In this document: positions 26,799-37,742 of the stretch, in pieces
Layout of the letters: each line of letters begins with the position of its first letter
Numbering within the stretch: the stretch's first letter is position 1
DNA from: Candidatus Yonathbacteria bacterium
GTDB lineage: Bacteria > Patescibacteriota > Minisyncoccia > Phycocordibacterales > JACNGX01
Length of the DNA stretch: 64,000 bases
Assembly: GCA_013334825.1 (NCBI GenBank)
Contig: JAAXWR010000002.1
Coordinates: 155,009-219,008, forward strand
Reading direction: 5' to 3'
Position numbers and translations under genes: made by a program
The notes under the pieces: generated by a model
Databases searched by the model: none
Told to the model about the DNA's origin: nothing
The model's input: the letters and a program-made list of their open reading frames with translations, nothing else

Positions 26799-27493
26799 GA
26801 TGTATGTCGCGACTTGAGTCGCTCAAAAAGAAAGATGATAATAATCGCGCCAATCCAGAGCCATAAAAATATGGCAAACGGATCGGGTCCTGTCTCACTC
26901 ATTATAAAAAAATTAAACGCAGTATGCAAAGCAATTGCTATGCACAGGCCAAAGAGTCCGGCAATTTTTCTCATGAAATCACTTTTCCAAAATGCAAATC
27001 CTATCATTACACCGACCATCGATGACGCAATGACATGCAAGAGTGTTGCGCCCAAGAAGCGCAAGTTCCCAGTGAGGAATGATACCAGTGCTTGTCCACG
27101 TGATATTGGCTCAAGAAGAAAGAGCGTGTTCTCAAGAGCGGCAAAACCGAGCGCGACCGTAATCATGTAGATAAGTGCGTCCACAGGTTCGTCAAAATAA
27201 TCTGATGTTTGAAAAATAATCACGACAATCATCGCGAATTTCATCATTTCTTCGATAGTTGCCCATGCGATAAGGAGATCAAGCCCTTCAAATCCAAGTG
27301 CTGTTGCAAATTGTTCCATTGGATATACAAGCATGACGGCAGCCATACCCGCAAAAAAAGAAAGGATGAGAAGCCCGCGGGGTTCAGGATTGTCGCTGTC
27401 TTCTTTGAGCCAAAACCAAAGCCACAGGAGTGCGGGGAGTACCCCTCCGAGAAGTGCGTAAAAGAGCGATTGTGTAGTGAATGTGTCGGGCAT
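26795..27493 (-). CDS. PrsW-family intramembrane metalloprotease.
   Basis: Polytopic protein with IEEMMKFA (EExxK), FAALENTLF (FxxxENxxY) and an HTAFNF motif. It overlaps hsp20 by 4 nt. Confidence 0.65.
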   Translation of the reverse strand: MPDTFTTQSLFYALLGGVLPALLWLWFWLKEDSDNPEPRGLLILSFFAGMAAVMLVYPMEQFATALGFEGLDLLIAWATIEEMMKFAMIVVIIFQTSDYFDEPVDALIYMITVALGFAALENTLFLLEPISRGQALVSFLTGNLRFLGATLLHVIASSMVGVMIGFAFWKSDFMRKIAGLFGLCIAIALHTAFNFFIMSETGPDPFAIFLWLWIGAIIIIFLFERLKSRHTS

Positions 27494-27503
27494 GCCGAAT
27501 GTA

Positions 27504-29741
27504 TTATGCGCGCGGCCAGCGTTCTACCATGAGAAACCGACGCGCGTCCGGTCCATGGGACATAAGTGACCAAATCTTTTCGGTGATGAAAGGCATGAAG
27601 GGATGGAGGAGTTTGAGTTGTGTCATAAGCATCAGACGAAGTGTATATTGTGCTGAGCGCTTGTCCGTCTCATTGTCGCTTGTGAGGCGTGGTTTTGTTT
27701 CTTCAATCACAATATCAGCGAATGTGTGCCAGAAATAATGATACAGTTTTTCGGCAGCGAGATACAATCGAAACGCTTCAATATCCGCTGTCACATCTAT
27801 CACAAGTGCATCAAGTTCAGATAAACGTGCTGTATCTTTTTCACTTAAAGTGGGAGACAACGTAATGTCAAAGTCCGCGGTTGCTTCCATAACAAAACGC
27901 GATGCATTCCAGATTTTGTTGGCGAATTTTTTGTGGGCTTTGACCTTATCTTCGCCGAGGTTGATGTCATTGCCTGCGGCAGCGCCGATAATGACAGACA
28001 TGCGTGTGGCATCGGCACCATAGGTCGCAATCAAATCGCGTGGGTCCATGGCATTGCCAAGTGATTTACTCATCTTGCGTCCCTTTGCGTCGCGTACAAT
28101 ACCGTGGAGATATACATGTTTGAATGGAATATCGCCGAGCAAATATGTCGTCATGAGAATCATACGCGCAACCCAAAAGAAAATAATATCGTATCCGGTT
28201 TCAAGAACGGTTGTTGGATGATATGTGTTCAAATCGTTTGTTTCTTCGGGCCAGCCAAGTGTGGAAAATGTCCAGAGCCCTGATGAAAACCATGTATCAA
28301 GTGTGTCGGGATCTTGTTCCCAGCCATCTCCTTGGGGTGCACTTGCTCCGACATGGATTTCCTCGTTGCCGTCCATTGTGCGATACCATACTGGGATACG
28401 ATGCCCATACCAAATCTGTCGGCTGATGCACCAATCTTTCAAGTTATCAATCCAGTGCGTATATGTCTTTTCGAAGCGGTCGGGCATGATGTCAATCTGA
28501 CCACTTCCGACGACTGTTTGCATGAGTGTTTTTAGCGTTACCATTTCACCATGTGCGATACCGTTGATAGCATGTCCTTTGAAGGGGAATGCTTTATTTA
28601 CATCAATGAACCACTGTAATTTGGGGAGCGGTTCAACAATTCCTCCTGTGCGTTCGGCGGTTGAAATGTTTTGTTTCATTGATTCTTCTTTTTCAAGAAG
28701 TCCTTCTTCGCGAAGCCATGCGACGATGATATCTCGTGCCTCGGTCGTTTTCTTGCCCGACAAACGTGGTTCATCGACGGTCATTTTGGCATATTCGTTG
28801 ATGACTTGAATCATCGGCAAGTTGTGTCGCTCCTTCATAGCAAAGTCCACCATGGAATGCGCTGGTGTAACACCGACGGCGCCAGTACCATACGCAGGGT
28901 CTACATCCTTGTCCGCAATAACTTGAATATGCAGGGGGACCCCGCAAAATATCACATCGTATGTATTGCCAACGTATGCACTGTATCGTGCGTCATCAGG
29001 ATGAACTGCGACAGCGGTGTCGCCGACTTTTGTTTCAGGACGGGTTGTCGCAATAGGAATAGGGAAGTCTTTACTGTAGCGAAACGTGTAGATAGTCGCG
29101 TCACGTTCTTCATATATAATCTCATCATCAGAAATGGTCGTCTGACCTTTCGGGTCCCAGTTGACGACGCGATATCCACGGTAAATAAGCCCGTCATGAT
29201 ACATGCGTGTAAACGCTTCATTCACTGCGCGTGCGCGTGTGCCATCGAGGGTAAATGCTTCACGACTCCAGTCTACTGACGCGCCGAGCTTGGCAACTTG
29301 ATCAACAATATTGTCGTGACTGTCGTGCGTGAATGCATGGACACGTTCGAGGAATACTTCACGACCAAGGTCATGGCGGTTTTTCTTTTCTGTTTTTACG
29401 ATTTCTTTTTCAACTTTACTTTGGGTGGCGATGGCAGCGTGGTCGGTACCGGGGAGCCAGAGGGTGCGCTTGCCACGCATGCGTTCAAAACGAACAAGAA
29501 TATCTTCAACCGCAAGCATTGCCGCGTGTCCCATGTGCAGGACTCCCGTGACGTTGGGAGGAGGAAGAACGATAGAAAAGGGTTCAGCATCGGAGGAAGT
29601 GACACCTTGTTCAATACAGACATCGGGATTGAATAGTCCACTCTCACGCCACGAAGCATATATGTCAGACTCGGTTGTTGCCGGATTATACGGCTGGAGA
29701 AACTCTTGGGGGATAGAGGGAGATTGTTTGTCTTCAGTCAT
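27504..29741 (-). CDS. valS: Valyl-tRNA synthetase.
   Basis: PPPNVTGVLHMGHA (HIGH motif) and KMSKSLGN (KMSKS motif). The start was reset to ATG 29741, because the upstream 29742-29888 is a CT-rich motif block. Confidence 0.9.
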   Translation of the reverse strand: MTEDKQSPSIPQEFLQPYNPATTESDIYASWRESGLFNPDVCIEQGVTSSDAEPFSIVLPPPNVTGVLHMGHAAMLAVEDILVRFERMRGKRTLWLPGTDHAAIATQSKVEKEIVKTEKKNRHDLGREVFLERVHAFTHDSHDNIVDQVAKLGASVDWSREAFTLDGTRARAVNEAFTRMYHDGLIYRGYRVVNWDPKGQTTISDDEIIYEERDATIYTFRYSKDFPIPIATTRPETKVGDTAVAVHPDDARYSAYVGNTYDVIFCGVPLHIQVIADKDVDPAYGTGAVGVTPAHSMVDFAMKERHNLPMIQVINEYAKMTVDEPRLSGKKTTEARDIIVAWLREEGLLEKEESMKQNISTAERTGGIVEPLPKLQWFIDVNKAFPFKGHAINGIAHGEMVTLKTLMQTVVGSGQIDIMPDRFEKTYTHWIDNLKDWCISRQIWYGHRIPVWYRTMDGNEEIHVGASAPQGDGWEQDPDTLDTWFSSGLWTFSTLGWPEETNDLNTYHPTTVLETGYDIIFFWVARMILMTTYLLGDIPFKHVYLHGIVRDAKGRKMSKSLGNAMDPRDLIATYGADATRMSVIIGAAAGNDINLGEDKVKAHKKFANKIWNASRFVMEATADFDITLSPTLSEKDTARLSELDALVIDVTADIEAFRLYLAAEKLYHYFWHTFADIVIEETKPRLTSDNETDKRSAQYTLRLMLMTQLKLLHPFMPFITEKIWSLMSHGPDARRFLMVERWPRA

Positions 29742-29854
29742 GGGAAAAGTATAGCATAAAGTAGGGGTTAGGTTATAGGGACGGACGGATATAGGAAAGA
29801 GGTTATAGGTGATAGGTACGGACATTGGAATCACGAAGCAAGAATCAAGAAGGA

Positions 29855-29885
<31 letters not shown>

Positions 29886-29920
29886 CAAAAAGCCGCGCTT
29901 GCGCGCGGCCGTGAATGGCG

Positions 29921-30154
29921 TTATTTGTGTCGCATGCTCTCAATGAGCTTTTTTGCGAGCTCAAGCTCCGAGATTGACTCGGGGTACCTGCCCTGCGACA
30001 GGTATATCGACATCCTCGCGTGAATGCAGCCGAGCAGCTGCACAAAGAAAGTTTTGTGTCCATATGGTGCGTTAATAACAATCGCACCACTCGATAATGA
30101 TGACTGCAGATCACTGCATTCATCCATCAACTTTTCAACATCACTATTTTTCAT
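29921..30154 (-). CDS. Hypothetical protein of 77 aa.
   Basis: ORF only. A weak AAAG lies upstream. Confidence 0.3.
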   Translation of the reverse strand: MKNSDVEKLMDECSDLQSSLSSGAIVINAPYGHKTFFVQLLGCIHARMSIYLSQGRYPESISELELAKKLIESMRHK

Positions 30155-30358
30155 TTCTTTATAGATTTTTTATTATTAGATCTAAGTCTTTTCTTATTAT
30201 ATACCAAATAGAATGTTTTGTCAATAGTATGGGAGGTGTGCAATAGAAAATATTATATGAAGCGGGGTTTGGGCGCTACGCGCCCAAACCCCGCAGTGTT
30301 TCCTAGCTTTCTCATCTCCTAACTTACTAACCTTCTGACATACTAACCTTCTAACCTC

Positions 30359-31537
30359 CTAATTTCCTAACTCCAGATTTCCCCACGCTCTTACATCATC
30401 TGGTCTTGCGGTATCACCCCGCATATATCTAAATGTTCCCGCGACACCGATCATGACCGCATTGTCTGTGGTTGCCGCGCGGTCGGAGAGGCGTACAGCA
30501 ACATCAGGCAGTTCCCGCGCGACCGCATCCGCAAGTCTTTTACGGAGTGTGTCGTTCGCCGCCACACCACCACCCATGACTATCGTTCGTGCGCCATATT
30601 CACGTGTTGCGTCGAGCGTCTTTTTTACAAGTACATCGACGACAGCGTCTTGAAACGCATGTGCAAATACGCGCTTTGTCGCATCGTTCATGTTAGGGAT
30701 TTTTTTCGCCGCATAGAGCACTGATGTTTTGATGCCAGAAAATGAAAAATCATAATCACCTGAGCTAATCATCGGACGGGGAAAGACAATATCGTCTTCG
30801 GTTGGTGCAGGGGCTTCTGCGGCGAGACGAGAAATCTCAGGTCCACCCGGATAGGGCAGTCCCAAGACACGCGCAACCTTGTCAAATGCTTCACCTGCCG
30901 CGTCATCGCGCGTTTGCCCCACGAGCTCATAGGAGAACATTTCACGCATAAGACGAAGTTCTGTATGTCCGCCCGAAACGAGAAGTGCGAGAAGAGGCAA
31001 GTCAATCGTGTCTGCACCGATAGTAAATTCATCACCTTGCACAAACGCCGAAAAGATATGTCCCTCCATATGATTGACGGGAATGAGTGGTTTTTCCCAG
31101 AGTTCGGCAAGTGCGCGCGCGAAGTTCACACCAACCCAAAGTGCTGGTTCAAGTCCCGGACCGTGTGTGACGGCAATTGCGTCAATGGCAGGAGACATGA
31201 GTGGCACATGTGCGAGGAATGTATCGGCAAGTTCTGGTTCATGAGAAAAAAGTTCGCGTATGGAGAGGATACGTTCAGGTGGCAACGTGCTTGCGGATAT
31301 ACTGTCCGTATCAATGTGCGCTTCGGATAATGCTTGCAACAGAACAGGAACAAGATTGCGTGCGTGTTCGCGTTTGGCAAGTGTGGGGAAGACACCTCCA
31401 TAGGGTGCATGCAGGTCAATTTGAGAATGGACGACATTGGCGCGAATAATGAATGACGCTTCACCAATACCGCCTTCTGTTTCAAGAATGGCGATTGCCG
31501 TTTCGTCGCAACTTGTTTCGATGGAGAGGATGAGCAT
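30359..31537 (-). CDS. tsaD: tRNA N6-adenosine threonylcarbamoyltransferase (Kae1/TsaD).
   Basis: MLILSIETSCDETAIAIL N-terminus, HMEGH metal-binding motif and VSGGVAAN. Confidence 0.9.
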   Translation of the reverse strand: MLILSIETSCDETAIAILETEGGIGEASFIIRANVVHSQIDLHAPYGGVFPTLAKREHARNLVPVLLQALSEAHIDTDSISASTLPPERILSIRELFSHEPELADTFLAHVPLMSPAIDAIAVTHGPGLEPALWVGVNFARALAELWEKPLIPVNHMEGHIFSAFVQGDEFTIGADTIDLPLLALLVSGGHTELRLMREMFSYELVGQTRDDAAGEAFDKVARVLGLPYPGGPEISRLAAEAPAPTEDDIVFPRPMISSGDYDFSFSGIKTSVLYAAKKIPNMNDATKRVFAHAFQDAVVDVLVKKTLDATREYGARTIVMGGGVAANDTLRKRLADAVARELPDVAVRLSDRAATTDNAVMIGVAGTFRYMRGDTARPDDVRAWGNLELGN

Positions 31538-31633
31538 AGGGATGTAAAAATTTTCAATTTCTCATGTTTAATTTTCATACAACGTATCAATGTTTCAATT
31601 TCTCACTATGGAAATTGTTTGAAAATTGAAAAT

Positions 31634-32020
31634 TCAGAAATCTATTTTTTTCCTTACTTTATCCCATTGAGAGATACCTATTGCACCGACACCGAGGACA
31701 AGTCCAAGGAGAAGTCCTACGTCGTTGTGTGCTGAAACGAGAATACGTTGGAGAGAGATAATGGCAAGAACCAAAAAGACAAAGAGAAGAAACGGCACGC
31801 GAAGTGAATGACTCTGGTCAATAAAAAACCATCCGATATACAGCACAAAGAGTGCAATAGCAATATGCGCTGACGCATCAAAAAGAATATCTGGTCCCCA
31901 CGCAAGCATGGGAAGAAATTTGAGAAAAAATAATCCAGCAGCAATAATCGCTCCCGCAATAGCGATACGGTGCATATTGTCTTTGGGTGTATGTGATTGC
32001 ATGAAGAAATGGTACCACAA
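31634..32020 (-). CDS. Hypothetical membrane protein of 128 aa.
   Basis: Four predicted hydrophobic segments. No motif. Confidence 0.4.
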   Translation of the reverse strand: MWYHFFMQSHTPKDNMHRIAIAGAIIAAGLFFLKFLPMLAWGPDILFDASAHIAIALFVLYIGWFFIDQSHSLRVPFLLFVFLVLAIISLQRILVSAHNDVGLLLGLVLGVGAIGISQWDKVRKKIDF

Positions 32021-32160
32021 AATCTTTAAAAGAAGTATGTTTTTTGTATGACTGTATTATGGAATATGATAAATCTAAAAAAGAGACGAGAAAATGTTTG
32101 TTGTTTGAGGATTTTAATTTTTGCGTGATATAAAAATATAAAAAACCCGCATTGCGGGTT

Positions 32161-32679
32161 TTATCTCTTGAATCTCACGACTGGTGTCGACACTGCCTCT
32201 TGTACAGCATGGGGTAGTCGTTCCTGCAGAGACTTTTGAATCTCTTCTCTTGTCCAATGAGTTTTCTCACCTGATTCCATTGCATGAAGTATTGGTGCGA
32301 AAGATTTTTGGGCAATTAATTTTTCAAGGAGTATCTGTCTCAAGTCCCTAGGTCTCTCTTTGCGTGAGTAGACCGACAGAGTGACCACATCTCCTACAAG
32401 AAGTTTGCTCGCGTCGATAAAAGGCAACCGTTCCTTTTCAGGGATAATGTCTCTGACGTCTCCGGAGAATAGATACTCCTCAGCGTGTCCACCTGTTAGC
32501 ATGGGGAACAGTATGGCAATAGTGGCACCCTCTCTCAAGATGGTAATACGTGCGTATGGATAAAACTCATATGCATCCATGGAGTCAAAGAGCATTTCAT
32601 GATAAGAAAAAAGATTTTCACCATTCACGCTTACAACATAGATTGGCTCTTCCAATGAAATGATGTTTTTGTCCGTCAT
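32161..32679 (-). CDS. Hypothetical protein of 172 aa.
   Basis: ORF. A bidirectional terminator AAAAACCCGCATTGCGGGTTTTA lies at about 32139-32162. Confidence 0.45.
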   Translation of the reverse strand: MTDKNIISLEEPIYVVSVNGENLFSYHEMLFDSMDAYEFYPYARITILREGATIAILFPMLTGGHAEEYLFSGDVRDIIPEKERLPFIDASKLLVGDVVTLSVYSRKERPRDLRQILLEKLIAQKSFAPILHAMESGEKTHWTREEIQKSLQERLPHAVQEAVSTPVVRFKR

Positions 32680-32818
32680 TTTTCTTTTTGATTAAGTATG
32701 TGGAGTATAATGGAGTCTCTGCCGAGAGTGTACGTTCTTCTTTTCAATATGTCAATATCTTTCTTTTTGCATTTTATAAAAAGATGCCAAACAAGTCTTT
32801 TTTTGTTATCATAGAGTT

Positions 32819-34312
32819 ATGAAACGCATCCTCTTTTTTCTTTTTAGTTTTTTACTTATTCTTTCCACAATCGTTTCAGATGTCTCTGCCGCAACGAGGT
32901 CGCTTTCTCTTGGTATGTCGGGAAGTGATGTGACGGAACTTCAGAGCAAGCTTATTTCTTTGGGGTATCTTGTGTCTGGTAAGAATACAGGATATTTCGG
33001 TCCACTCACCGATACCGCACTCAAAAAGTTTCAGTGTGATAAGAGCATTATTTGCACGAATGCGGCTGTTTCAGGGTATGGTATTTATGGACCAAAGACA
33101 CGCACGAAACTTGTCGCACTTACTTCATCTGTTTCTCTTGGTTCAGGAACGTCATCAAGTACCACATCAACGACAGTATCGTCCGCGCCATGGACGGGCA
33201 AACTTGAGTTTTCGGGGTGGATTCCGTATTGGCGTAAGGAAAAAGGTGTCGAGGATACACTTCCACATCTTTCTCAACTTTCGAGTGTGATGCCATTTGG
33301 TTTTACGATGAAGTCCGATGGTACGCTTGCTGATACTGCAAAAATAAACGAAGAGCCGTGGAAGACGCTTATCGCTGAAGCAAAGAAAAAAGGCGTGCGT
33401 GTTGTTCCAACGGTGATGTGGGGTGATGGCGAAACGATTCACGCGGTGCTTTCGGATGATACGAAGCGTGTTGCACTTGAAGATGAGATTGCAAAACTTG
33501 TGAAGGACAATGGCTTTGATGGTATTGATATTGATTTTGAGGCAAAAAAGCATGAGACGAAAGATTATTTTTCAACCTTCTTGAAAGGTCTCTATCAGCG
33601 TATGGGCAATAAGTGGGTGTATTGCACGGTAGAGGCACGCATGCCCCTGTCGCATCGATATTTGCCCGGGCAGACGATTCCTGCTGATGCCACGGACTAC
33701 GCTAATGACTACGCGGCAATGAACAAATATTGTGACCGTGTGGAAATCATGGCGTATGATCAAGGGTATGTGGACAAGGTGTTAAACAGAGCACGCACTG
33801 CACCGTACGCGCCTGTTGCTGATCCTGCATGGGTAGAAAACTTGGTGGAACTCGCCGCGCAAAGTATCGACAGAAAAAAGATTGTTATCGGTGTGCCGAC
33901 GTATGGATATGAATATTCTGTAACGCCAACATCATCCGGCTCATATCTCTACAAAATGCTCTGGGCGTTTAATTACAAATACGCGACTGATATTGCAAAC
34001 AAACTTGGCATCACACCGACACGCACCAGTGCCAATGAAATCGGATTTTCGTATGACCCAGCGCTTCTTGCTGCCGTTGCGCCAGAAGGAGATGATGTGG
34101 CAGGAACACAACACGCGCTTGCAGGCGCGGAGATTGTCGGTAATGCTGGTGCGACTGTGGATACCAGTAAGCCATTTAACTTCCTCTCATGGAGTGATGC
34201 GCAAGCGATTAAAGACAAAGTAAATCTCGCCAAGAAACTTGGAGTTCGTGGTGTCGCGGTCTTTAAGTTTGATGGGGGAGAGGATATGGGGATGTGGGAG
34301 GTACTGAAGTAA
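32819..34312 (+). CDS. Secreted glycoside hydrolase family 18 protein with an N-terminal peptidoglycan-binding domain.
   Basis: Signal peptide. PG_binding_1-like GMSGSDVTELQSKLISLGYL..GPLTDTALKKFQ. GH18 catalytic DGIDIDFE (DxxDxDxE). Confidence 0.75.
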   Translation: MKRILFFLFSFLLILSTIVSDVSAATRSLSLGMSGSDVTELQSKLISLGYLVSGKNTGYFGPLTDTALKKFQCDKSIICTNAAVSGYGIYGPKTRTKLVALTSSVSLGSGTSSSTTSTTVSSAPWTGKLEFSGWIPYWRKEKGVEDTLPHLSQLSSVMPFGFTMKSDGTLADTAKINEEPWKTLIAEAKKKGVRVVPTVMWGDGETIHAVLSDDTKRVALEDEIAKLVKDNGFDGIDIDFEAKKHETKDYFSTFLKGLYQRMGNKWVYCTVEARMPLSHRYLPGQTIPADATDYANDYAAMNKYCDRVEIMAYDQGYVDKVLNRARTAPYAPVADPAWVENLVELAAQSIDRKKIVIGVPTYGYEYSVTPTSSGSYLYKMLWAFNYKYATDIANKLGITPTRTSANEIGFSYDPALLAAVAPEGDDVAGTQHALAGAEIVGNAGATVDTSKPFNFLSWSDAQAIKDKVNLAKKLGVRGVAVFKFDGGEDMGMWEVLK

Positions 34313-34444
34313 CGAGAAGCAAGAATCAGGAAGTAAGAATCAAGAATACGGACGTACTGGAAAATAGAAATTAGGAAAATGAAATATGAATATAAACAAT
34401 CCGCCGGCTTGCGCCGGCGGACGTGTGTTACAGTAGCCGCAATA

Positions 34445-34960
34445 TCATTTAAAAAGTTCCTCGATGTCTAATTTTCTAGGATTGTTTGTTATAATGACCT
34501 TTTTATCTTTAATGGATTTCATTACATGAAGCATATCTCTTTTGTGATTTTTGTTCCAGAGAAGGACCCATGTAAAAAATTTAAAATCAATAGTATCTTT
34601 TCTACCATCTTTCATTCCATGTCTTTTTTCTAATTCTAGATTTACCATTAATGATCTCTTAAAAATATTAAATAGATGACGATATGTTGGTACATTTATA
34701 AATATAATTAAGTCAGCCCAAGCTATTCTTTCAGGAAGTATTGATGAGTAGTTTCCGTCCACAATCCCAATATCTTTTGAAAGAAATTCTTTTTTACAGA
34801 TGTTTAACCACTCACCTTTATCTTTCTGTGTCCAGTTGTCGTTTAAGAGCAAATTATCCAAATGATACATAGGATAACCTGTATATCTACTAAGCCTATT
34901 TGTGAGAGTAGATTTACCAGAGCCGCTACCGCCCAGAATAATGATTCTTTTGTATTTCAT
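34445..34960 (-). CDS. P-loop kinase of the topology-modulation-protein / adenylate-kinase-like family.
   Basis: Walker A ILGGSGSGKSTLTNRL, then ..HLDNLL.. and IVDGNY. The architecture is that of the FlaR-like family. Confidence 0.55.
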   Translation of the reverse strand: MKYKRIIILGGSGSGKSTLTNRLSRYTGYPMYHLDNLLLNDNWTQKDKGEWLNICKKEFLSKDIGIVDGNYSSILPERIAWADLIIFINVPTYRHLFNIFKRSLMVNLELEKRHGMKDGRKDTIDFKFFTWVLLWNKNHKRDMLHVMKSIKDKKVIITNNPRKLDIEELFK

Positions 34961-35002
34961 TTTCCCATTGTATCATTTTTTCTATTTTTAAATAATTTTT
35001 TA

Positions 35003-35488
35003 CTAAAGAGATACTAATTGCCATGCGCCTTGGTTATATCTTCCTGTTTTTTCCAATGAAGCTATTTCTTCTTGTATTTCTTTTATATCCTCTTCGTTAA
35101 GTGGTGCAAAACCATCATAGAAACCTGATGATCTGTCCGGTAAATATACTGCCTCAGGAAATTTTTGATGCCCTGCATCTTTTGAGCGACCAAAAATATG
35201 GATGTGCAAAAAAGGTTTCTCTCCTGTCTTCCATGCCCAATTTCCCATATCGTGGTAATTCACTTTGACGACAGGAATACCTCTTTTATTCATTGCGTTC
35301 TCTAGTGCTTCACCTGCAAGCATACTCAAACGCATGAGTTCTACCGCAGCCGATGGAGATAGTTTGGTTCTATCGGTAACGGAACGGTCTTTTACTCTGA
35401 TACGCAGATGCCCACCGTCTGTTCTAGAAACAAACGGCTTGTCATGAGATTCAAGTATAAAGTGTTCAGTATAGAAAAATTCTGCCAT
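35003..35488 (-). CDS. HIT (histidine triad) family protein.
   Basis: HIHIFGR histidine-triad motif near the C-terminal third. Confidence 0.6.
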   Translation of the reverse strand: MAEFFYTEHFILESHDKPFVSRTDGGHLRIRVKDRSVTDRTKLSPSAAVELMRLSMLAGEALENAMNKRGIPVVKVNYHDMGNWAWKTGEKPFLHIHIFGRSKDAGHQKFPEAVYLPDRSSGFYDGFAPLNEEDIKEIQEEIASLEKTGRYNQGAWQLVSL

Positions 35489-35624
35489 ATAAAACTATGA
35501 TACCATGTCGATTGATTTTTAGGGAGGGATTTGTCCTGGAGTTACTAATTGAAATGTTCTATGTATTCTCATTTTAATAAGTACTCCTGGACGCGGCTCG
35601 CATTTCTCGCGAGCGAGAAATATG

Positions 35625-35714
35625 CTCCGCCGTTCGAATCCCTCCTCGCAGGCAAAGCAGTTTGCCTGCTCTCTCCGCCCAACAAAAATCGCACCCTAAA
35701 GGTGCGGATTTTTG
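35625..35714 (+). repeat. Ser-tRNA-3'-like structured element, copy 3 of 3.
   Basis: CGTTCGAATCCCTCC, then hairpin TCGCAGGCAAAGCAGTTTGCCTGC, then TCTCTCCGCC and CAACAAAAATC, then GCACCCTAAAGGTGC and GGATTTTTG. It is preceded by the palindrome GCATTTCTCGCGAGCGAGAAATATGC. Confidence 0.7.
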
Positions 35715-35787
35715 AACGGGCGGGCATCGTGGTTTAAATACCAGAGCGGTGATACATCATAAGGGCAATTTGAGATAATTTCAATTA

Positions 35788-36618
35788 CTAAACTGAGACA
35801 TGTAGCTCGGAGGTTTGTAAAATTTCTTGGTGTAATTTTTCTATTTTCTCCTGATCCTCTTTCTGTCGTATTGCAGAATAAAATTCTGGATCAAATTTTC
35901 TGATTGCGTCTTTCAAGGTGTCTGGAGTTTCAATAACCACATTAGGATCCTTTCGCTGCTCCATTGTTCTTATTTGAGAAGCTACTTCATCCCAGAGTTT
36001 TTCGGCGACATCTTTGTTGGGCATAGTAGCAAGTTTCTCAATAAACACTTTTCTATACTTCTCAATCCCCGAGCCTATACGTGCATGAAACATTCCAGAG
36101 ATTCCAAATTGAATTGTCCTAAAATCAGGTTCTTGTAGCAGTAGTGTTTCTTTTTCTTTATCTGAAGCTTCTCCGTATTTTTCATTCAACATTTGCTTGT
36201 ATTCCTCAGTTTTTTGATAGAAACTAAGTTGATCCTCAATCTCTTTTTCAATTATTGCAGTACTCAGAGGTTGAACTCGCAGATCCTCGTAATATTTTGA
36301 ATTTTCATTATTTTCCGCTCCAAGTTTCTCCATTACTTTTTGTCGGTATGAATCAATTGCAATGTTAGTACTCAATAGATTTTCGGCATCAACATACAAG
36401 AATGAATCTACATCACTTTCAGATCTTGCTTGTTTCCCTTTAATCATTGATCCATAAATCGTTGCTCCTAAAACTTCGGGATTTTCTTTTTGAAGGTCTT
36501 TGATTGTAGCTCGAAAAGTGTCTAGACGAGCTTTTGCTTCATCTTGAATCGGCAATTCAAAACGCTTCTCCTTTATTTTTTCTTCAGTTTGATTATTTAG
36601 AGAGGCTTGCTCTTTCAT
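35788..36618 (-). CDS. Nucleotidyltransferase-fold protein (Pol-beta superfamily; KNTase- or CD-NTase-like), otherwise hypothetical.
   Basis: GATIYGSMIKGKQARSESDVDSFLYVD matches the GS..x9-13..[DE]h[DE]h NTase signature. The rest of the protein is K/E-rich. Confidence 0.5.
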   Translation of the reverse strand: MKEQASLNNQTEEKIKEKRFELPIQDEAKARLDTFRATIKDLQKENPEVLGATIYGSMIKGKQARSESDVDSFLYVDAENLLSTNIAIDSYRQKVMEKLGAENNENSKYYEDLRVQPLSTAIIEKEIEDQLSFYQKTEEYKQMLNEKYGEASDKEKETLLLQEPDFRTIQFGISGMFHARIGSGIEKYRKVFIEKLATMPNKDVAEKLWDEVASQIRTMEQRKDPNVVIETPDTLKDAIRKFDPEFYSAIRQKEDQEKIEKLHQEILQTSELHVSV

Positions 36619-36656
36619 ACACCTATTCTAGCTTAAATGCTCGTATTTATCTACTC

Positions 36657-36687
36657 GGGTCTGCCGATACTAAGTGCTTAATGCGGG
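36657..36687 (+). repeat. 31-bp direct repeat GGGTCTGCCGATACTAAGTNCTTAATGCGG, copy 1. Copy 2 at 37813-37843 abuts the tRNA-Ser(CGA) 3' end.
   Basis: Read directly. The two copies bracket the 36777-37742 gene. Confidence 0.8.
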
Positions 36688-36776
36688 CAACTCGGGTTAA
36701 GTACCAAGTGTATGAGACACAATAAGGCTGGTTTGGAAGAATTTCAGAGGCTAATCCGAGGTATGTGGGTCGGAGT

Positions 36777-37742
36777 CTATAATATCGACTCGAAGTATTC
36801 TTTAAACTCCTCAGAAGAAGCTGTTTGGTATTTTTCATAAAGGCTTTTAATTTCCTCATCCGAGAAAACAGATATAACGTCATGTGTTATTTTTAGGTTT
36901 GGTAGCTCTTTCTTTAGGAGAAGATAGAGGGCTATTTTAGGCAACAAATATTTTGACTCCTCCATTCCCTTAAAATGAATATTGCGTTCTGTTGCCATTC
37001 GAGGATCAAAGTTGTATGGCATGCTTGAGAATTCTCGACTTACATCATTCCCTGATTTTTTCATCTCGTGATATAGGCGAGTGTGAAAACCTCCCATTGA
37101 AAAAAGTATCTTCAAGTTTTCTTTTTTCTGGAGATCAGGATTCTGCTTCAATGTTTCAGCCAAAGCTTCTGGAAGTTTTTCTAAAATATAATCTTCGCGA
37201 GCCTTCTGCATGTCGGACTCAAATTTTGATACATTACCGATTCTTCGAAGCGTTTCCTCATAGGGCAAGGACTTATTTATGAGGTTGTTATAAGCACCAT
37301 TGGATGCATACAGACCCATAAGGTTTTTAAAGACGACATTATCATTTGGAACGTCTACAAGCATTACTTTCTTCTCTGATTTATACAAACCCTCGAGTAA
37401 CGAAGCATAGAAGTCTTTCCACAAAAATGGCTTTCCATTCTGCTTTTCCATATCCATCGCCTGTTCAGGGGTCAGAGTACCATTTGATACTTCGTTGAAA
37501 ATATCGAGTCGAGCAGAATCCCAACCGGCGTTTTCCTGAATGAGAATATCTGCGTTTTTTAGGCGTTCACCCACCGCTTGTCCGTTTTCTGCTGTTGCGT
37601 GTTTGTGAAAGAAGAAATTGGTTTCAATTTTGGGCACGTTTTCAATACCTTTTTCTCTCAGCAAAGAACCTAAATCATTCTGAGCCGAAGATTTTTCTAA
37701 GTCTAAATTATTGCTTTTTAACCCAAAATTTTGTCCTTCCAT
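36777..37742 (-). CDS. Hypothetical protein of 321 aa, inside a repeat-bounded islet.
   Basis: ORF with no recognised motif. It is flanked by the 31-bp direct repeats. Confidence 0.45.
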   Translation of the reverse strand: MEGQNFGLKSNNLDLEKSSAQNDLGSLLREKGIENVPKIETNFFFHKHATAENGQAVGERLKNADILIQENAGWDSARLDIFNEVSNGTLTPEQAMDMEKQNGKPFLWKDFYASLLEGLYKSEKKVMLVDVPNDNVVFKNLMGLYASNGAYNNLINKSLPYEETLRRIGNVSKFESDMQKAREDYILEKLPEALAETLKQNPDLQKKENLKILFSMGGFHTRLYHEMKKSGNDVSREFSSMPYNFDPRMATERNIHFKGMEESKYLLPKIALYLLLKKELPNLKITHDVISVFSDEEIKSLYEKYQTASSEEFKEYFESIL